This document shows positions 60,877-64,000 of a stretch of DNA of 64,000 bases, piece by piece (the first letter of the stretch is position 1; every line of letters begins with the position of its first letter). Under the pieces are notes generated by a model. It was given only the letters and a program-made list of their open reading frames with translations, ran no database searches and was not told the DNA's origin. This DNA comes from an uncultured delta proteobacterium (GTDB lineage Bacteria; Myxococcota; Myxococcia; Myxococcales; Myxococcaceae): positions 320,001 through 384,000 of the forward strand of contig CAVYSY010000040.1 in assembly GCA_963771175.1 (NCBI GenBank), in the 5' to 3' direction. Position numbers and translations under genes: made by a program.

Positions 60877-63800
60877 ATGAAGATCAATTCCGGCAATCCG
60901 GTTCGTCACACGTCCATCACGGGTCCGAAGCACGACTCGAGCGCCTTGATGGCCATGGGCGAGCTGAGCCTGATGTCGCCTCCCATCTCGGGTGAGGCGA
61001 TGAAGAACGCCATCCTCAAGGGCATCGCCGACGGGGACAACAAGGCGGCGTCGGGCGAGTTCAAGGTCGTCCAGCAGTGGGTGGACAAGAACGGGGACAA
61101 GCTGTCGCCCGAGGCGCGGAAGATGTTCGACGTCTACGCGTCCTATGCGGGCCGCGCGCAGGCCGCTGGCCACCCGGGACTGTCCCAGGCCGAGATGAGC
61201 CGGATGCAGGCGGACATGAACCGCACGCTGGTGTCGGGTAACACGGGCTGGGTCCCGCCCACGCACACCGAGATTCCGCCCGGTGGCATCATCCGCCGCG
61301 ACTTCGACGCGAGCGCGGCGGCGGCTCTGGGCAAGCTGGACAAGACGCCGGGGATGATCAACGGCGACGAGATGATGGAAGCCATCAAGGAGGGCATCCA
61401 GGACCCCGATGGCCACGGCGCCTCGTCCGAGTTCAAGCAGTTCATGGACTGGGCGAAGAAGAACCAGAGCCGCCTGTCGCCCGAGGCGAAGCAGGTCCTG
61501 GGCATCTATCAGCGGCACGCCGTCATGGCGAAGCTGACGGGCCAGGAGGGCATCCCCGCCGCTGACTACAAGCGGATGATCGACCAGATGAAGAACGTCC
61601 AGGATGCCAGCGTCGCGTCCACGCTGGGCGAGCTGGACAAGACGCAGGGCCCCATCAACGGGGACCAGATGGCGGCGGCCATCGAGAAGGGCGTGCAGGA
61701 CCTGGACGGCAAGGGCGCCACCGACGAGCTCAAGCAGTTCATGGACTGGGCGAAGAAGAACGAGAGCCGCCTGTCGCCCGAGGCGAAGCAGACGCTGGCC
61801 ATCTACGAGAAGTACGGCAAGGCGGCGCAGGCCAAGGGCCAGAGCGGTATCAGCATCGGTGACTTCAAGAAGATGGTCGCCGAGATGAAGAACGTGAAGG
61901 ACGCCAGCGTCACGGCGGCCCTCGGCGGGCTGGACAAGACGCAGGGCCCCATCAACGGGGACCAGATGGCGGCGGCCATCGAGAAGGGCGTGCAGGACCT
62001 GGACGGCAAGGGCGCCACGGACGAGTTCAAGCAGTTCGCCGACTGGGCCAAGAAGAACGAGTCGCGCCTGTCGCCCGAGGCCAAGGAGGTGCTGGCCACC
62101 TACGAGAAGTACGCCAAGGCGGCCCAGGCCAAGGGGCAGAGCGGCATCTCCGTGGCGGACTTCCAGAAGATGACCGCGGAGATGCACGCGGTGAAGGACG
62201 CCAGCGTGTCGGCGGCCCTGTCCCAGCTCGACCGCGGCTTTGGCCCCATCAACGGGGACCAGATGGCGGCGGCCATCGAGCAGGGCGTGCGCGACCTGGA
62301 CGGCAAGGGCGCCACGGACGAGTTCAAGCAGTTCGCTGACTGGGCGAAGAAGAACGAGTCGCGCCTGTCGCCCGAGGCCAAGGAGGTGCTGGCCACCTAC
62401 GAGAAGTACGCCAAGGCGGCCCAGGCCAAGGGGCAGAGCGGCATCTCGCTGGGTGACTTCTCTCGGATGGTCGCCGAGATGAAGAACGTGAAGGACGCCA
62501 GCGTGTCGGCCGAGCTGTCGCGGTTGGACCGCATGCCGGGCCCCATCAACGGGGACCAGATGGCGGCGGCCATCGAGCGCGGCGTCAGCGACTTCGACGG
62601 CAAGTCGGCCACGGACGAGTTCAAGCAGTTCGCTGACTGGGCCAAGGCCAACCCGAACAAGCTGTCGCCCGAGGCCAAGCAGGTGCTGGGCGTCTACGAG
62701 AAGTACGCCAAGGCGGCCCAGGCCAAGGGCCAGAGCGGCATGGCCCTGGTCGACTTCAAGAAGATGGTCGCCGAGATGAAGAACGTGAAGGACGCGAGCG
62801 TCAGCGCGGCCCTCGGCGAGCTCGACAAGGCCAAGGGCCCCATCAATGGGGACCAGATGGCGGCGGCCATCGAGAAGGGCGTGCGCGACCTGGACGGCAA
62901 GGCGGCCACCGACGAGTTCAAGCAGTTCGCCGACTGGGCGAAGAAGAACGAGTCGCGTCTGTCGCCCGAGGCCAAGCAGGTGCTGGGCGTCTACGAGAAG
63001 TACGCCAAGGCGGCCCAGGCCAAGGGCCAGAGCGGTATCTCCGTGGCGGACTTCAAGAAGATGACCGCGGAGATGAACGCGGTGAAGGACGCCAGCGTGT
63101 CGGCGGCCCTGGCGCAGCTCGACAGCCAGAAGGGCCCCATCAACGGGGACCAGATGGCGGCGGCCATCCAGAAGGGCATGCAGCGACCCGGACAACAAGG
63201 CGGCCACCGACGAGTTCAAGCAGTTCGCCGACTGGGCCAAGAAGAACCAGAGCAAGCTGTCGCCCGAGGCCAAGCAGGTGCTGGGCGTCTACGAGAAGTA
63301 CGCCAAGGCGGCCCAGGCCAAGGGCCAGAGCGGTATCTCCGTGGCGGACTTCAAGAAGATGACCGCGGAGATGCACGCGGTGAAGGACGCCAGCGTGTCG
63401 GCGGCCCTGGCGCAGCTCGACAACCAGAAGGGCCCCATCAACGGGGACCAGATGGCGGCGGCCATCCAGAAGGGCATCAGCGACCCGGACAACAAGGCGG
63501 CCACCGACGAGTTCAAGCAGTTCGCCGACTGGGCCAAGAAGAACCAGAGCAAGCTGTCGCCCGAGGCCAAGCAGGTGCTGGGCGTCTACGAGAAGTACGC
63601 CAAGGCGGCCCAGGCCAAGGGCCAGAGCGGCATCTCCGTGGCGGACTTCAAGAAGATGACCGCGGAGATGAACGCGGTGAAGGACGCGAGCGTCAGCGCG
63701 GCCCTGGCGCAGCTCGACAACCAGAAGGGCCCCATCAACGGGGACCAGATGGCGGCGGCCATCCAGAAGGGCGTGCAGGACCTGGACGGCAAGGCGGCCA

Positions 63801-64000
63801 CCGACGAGTTCAAGCAGTTCGCCGACTGGGCCAAGAAGAACGAGTCGCGCCTGTCGCCCGAGGCCAAGCAGGTGCTGGGCGTCTACGAGAAGTACGCCAA
63901 GACGGCTCAGGCCCGCGGCGAGTCCGGCATCCCGCTCAGCGAGTTCAAGCAGATGGTCGCCGAGATGAAGGGCGTCCAGGACGCCGGTGCGACGAAGGAG
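60877..64000 (+). CDS. Large tandem-repeat protein (99-aa helical units), 3'-truncated; +1 indel at ~63180
   Basis: AAGGAG/AGGT upstream, MKINSGNPVRH start, open with strong GC3 bias; absent from ORF track because no stop is reached. Extra G in GGCATGCAGCGAC versus GGCATCAGCGAC in next repeat. Confidence 0.9.
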   Translation, partial: MKINSGNPVRHTSITGPKHDSSALMAMGELSLMSPPISGEAMKNAILKGIADGDNKAASGEFKVVQQWVDKNGDKLSPEARKMFDVYASYAGRAQAAGHPGLSQAEMSRMQADMNRTLVSGNTGWVPPTHTEIPPGGIIRRDFDASAAAALGKLDKTPGMINGDEMMEAIKEGIQDPDGHGASSEFKQFMDWAKKNQSRLSPEAKQVLGIYQRHAVMAKLTGQEGIPAADYKRMIDQMKNVQDASVASTLGELDKTQGPINGDQMAAAIEKGVQDLDGKGATDELKQFMDWAKKNESRLSPEAKQTLAIYEKYGKAAQAKGQSGISIGDFKKMVAEMKNVKDASVTAALGGLDKTQGPINGDQMAAAIEKGVQDLDGKGATDEFKQFADWAKKNESRLSPEAKEVLATYEKYAKAAQAKGQSGISVADFQKMTAEMHAVKDASVSAALSQLDRGFGPINGDQMAAAIEQGVRDLDGKGATDEFKQFADWAKKNESRLSPEAKEVLATYEKYAKAAQAKGQSGISLGDFSRMVAEMKNVKDASVSAELSRLDRMPGPINGDQMAAAIERGVSDFDGKSATDEFKQFADWAKANPNKLSPEAKQVLGVYEKYAKAAQAKGQSGMALVDFKKMVAEMKNVKDASVSAALGELDKAKGPINGDQMAAAIEKGVRDLDGKAATDEFKQFADWAKKNESRLSPEAKQVLGVYEKYAKAAQAKGQSGISVADFKKMTAEMNAVKDASVSAALAQLDSQKGPINGDQMAAAIQKGMQRPGQQGGHRRVQAVRRLGQEEPEQAVARGQAGAGRLREVRQGGPGQGPERYLRGGLQEDDRGDARGEGRQRVGGPGAARQPEGPHQRGPDGGGHPEGHQRPGQQGGHRRVQAVRRLGQEEPEQAVARGQAGAGRLREVRQGGPGQGPERHLRGGLQEDDRGDERGEGRERQRGPGAARQPEGPHQRGPDGGGHPEGRAGPGRQGGHRRVQAVRRLGQEERVAPVARGQAGAGRLREVRQDGSGPRRVRHPAQRVQADGRRDEGRPGRRCDEG
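60934..64000 (+). repeat. 297-bp coding tandem repeat, 10 complete units plus start of an 11th
   Basis: Unit starts (D-A/S-S codons) at 60934 (degenerate), 61306, 61603, 61900, 62197, 62494, 62791, 63088, 63386, 63683, 63980. Confidence 0.95.

Noticed and set aside
60667..63273. 1298-aa minus ORF suggesting repeats fused to the GTPase
   Set aside because: Upstream part is the antisense of the + strand repeat gene; GTPase starts at ATG 60666 after an RBS-like AGGGG.
60934..64000. Repeat array as CRISPR or non-coding repeat
   Set aside because: 297-bp in-frame units with synonymous variation, no spacers, no cas genes.

Overview
High-GC DNA of myxobacterial character (DUF2378, Myxococcales-type PilZ, membrane Ser/Thr kinase, wzt-wbgA O-antigen locus). 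Layout: (1) 1-23 kb, an ABC-transporter-dependent O-antigen locus (wzt, wbgA-like triple glycosyltransferase, four more GTs, rmlBDAC) with an embedded putative lipid-linked sugar modification cassette. (2) 23-41.5 kb, mixed housekeeping/accessory genes (hydrolase, YihY, ABC-F, K+ channel, a variant tgt coupled to an MnmD-like methyltransferase, orphan Phd antitoxin, DUF3516 helicase, ppc, E1 alpha/beta). (3) 41.8-53.6 kb, a co-directional six-gene cluster that reads like a trans-envelope partner-switching pathway: HAMP-PP2C phosphatase, secreted TPR protein, PhnD-like binding protein, TonB-dependent receptor carrying a CxxCH motif, stand-alone HATPase-like protein, and a Ser/Thr kinase with two STAS+Zn-ribbon modules. 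This is the best candidate for an undescribed system. (4) 53.7-60.7 kb, small genes including a divergent diadenylate-cyclase-fold protein and a TetR/hydroxylase pair with a perfect operator palindrome. (5) From 60877 to the window end, a large protein of 99-aa tandem repeats that the ORF track missed. About twenty single-base indels break otherwise intact genes and look like uncorrected long-read errors. No rRNA, tRNA, CRISPR or IS element was recognised. All calls are from motif reading by eye; no searches were run.
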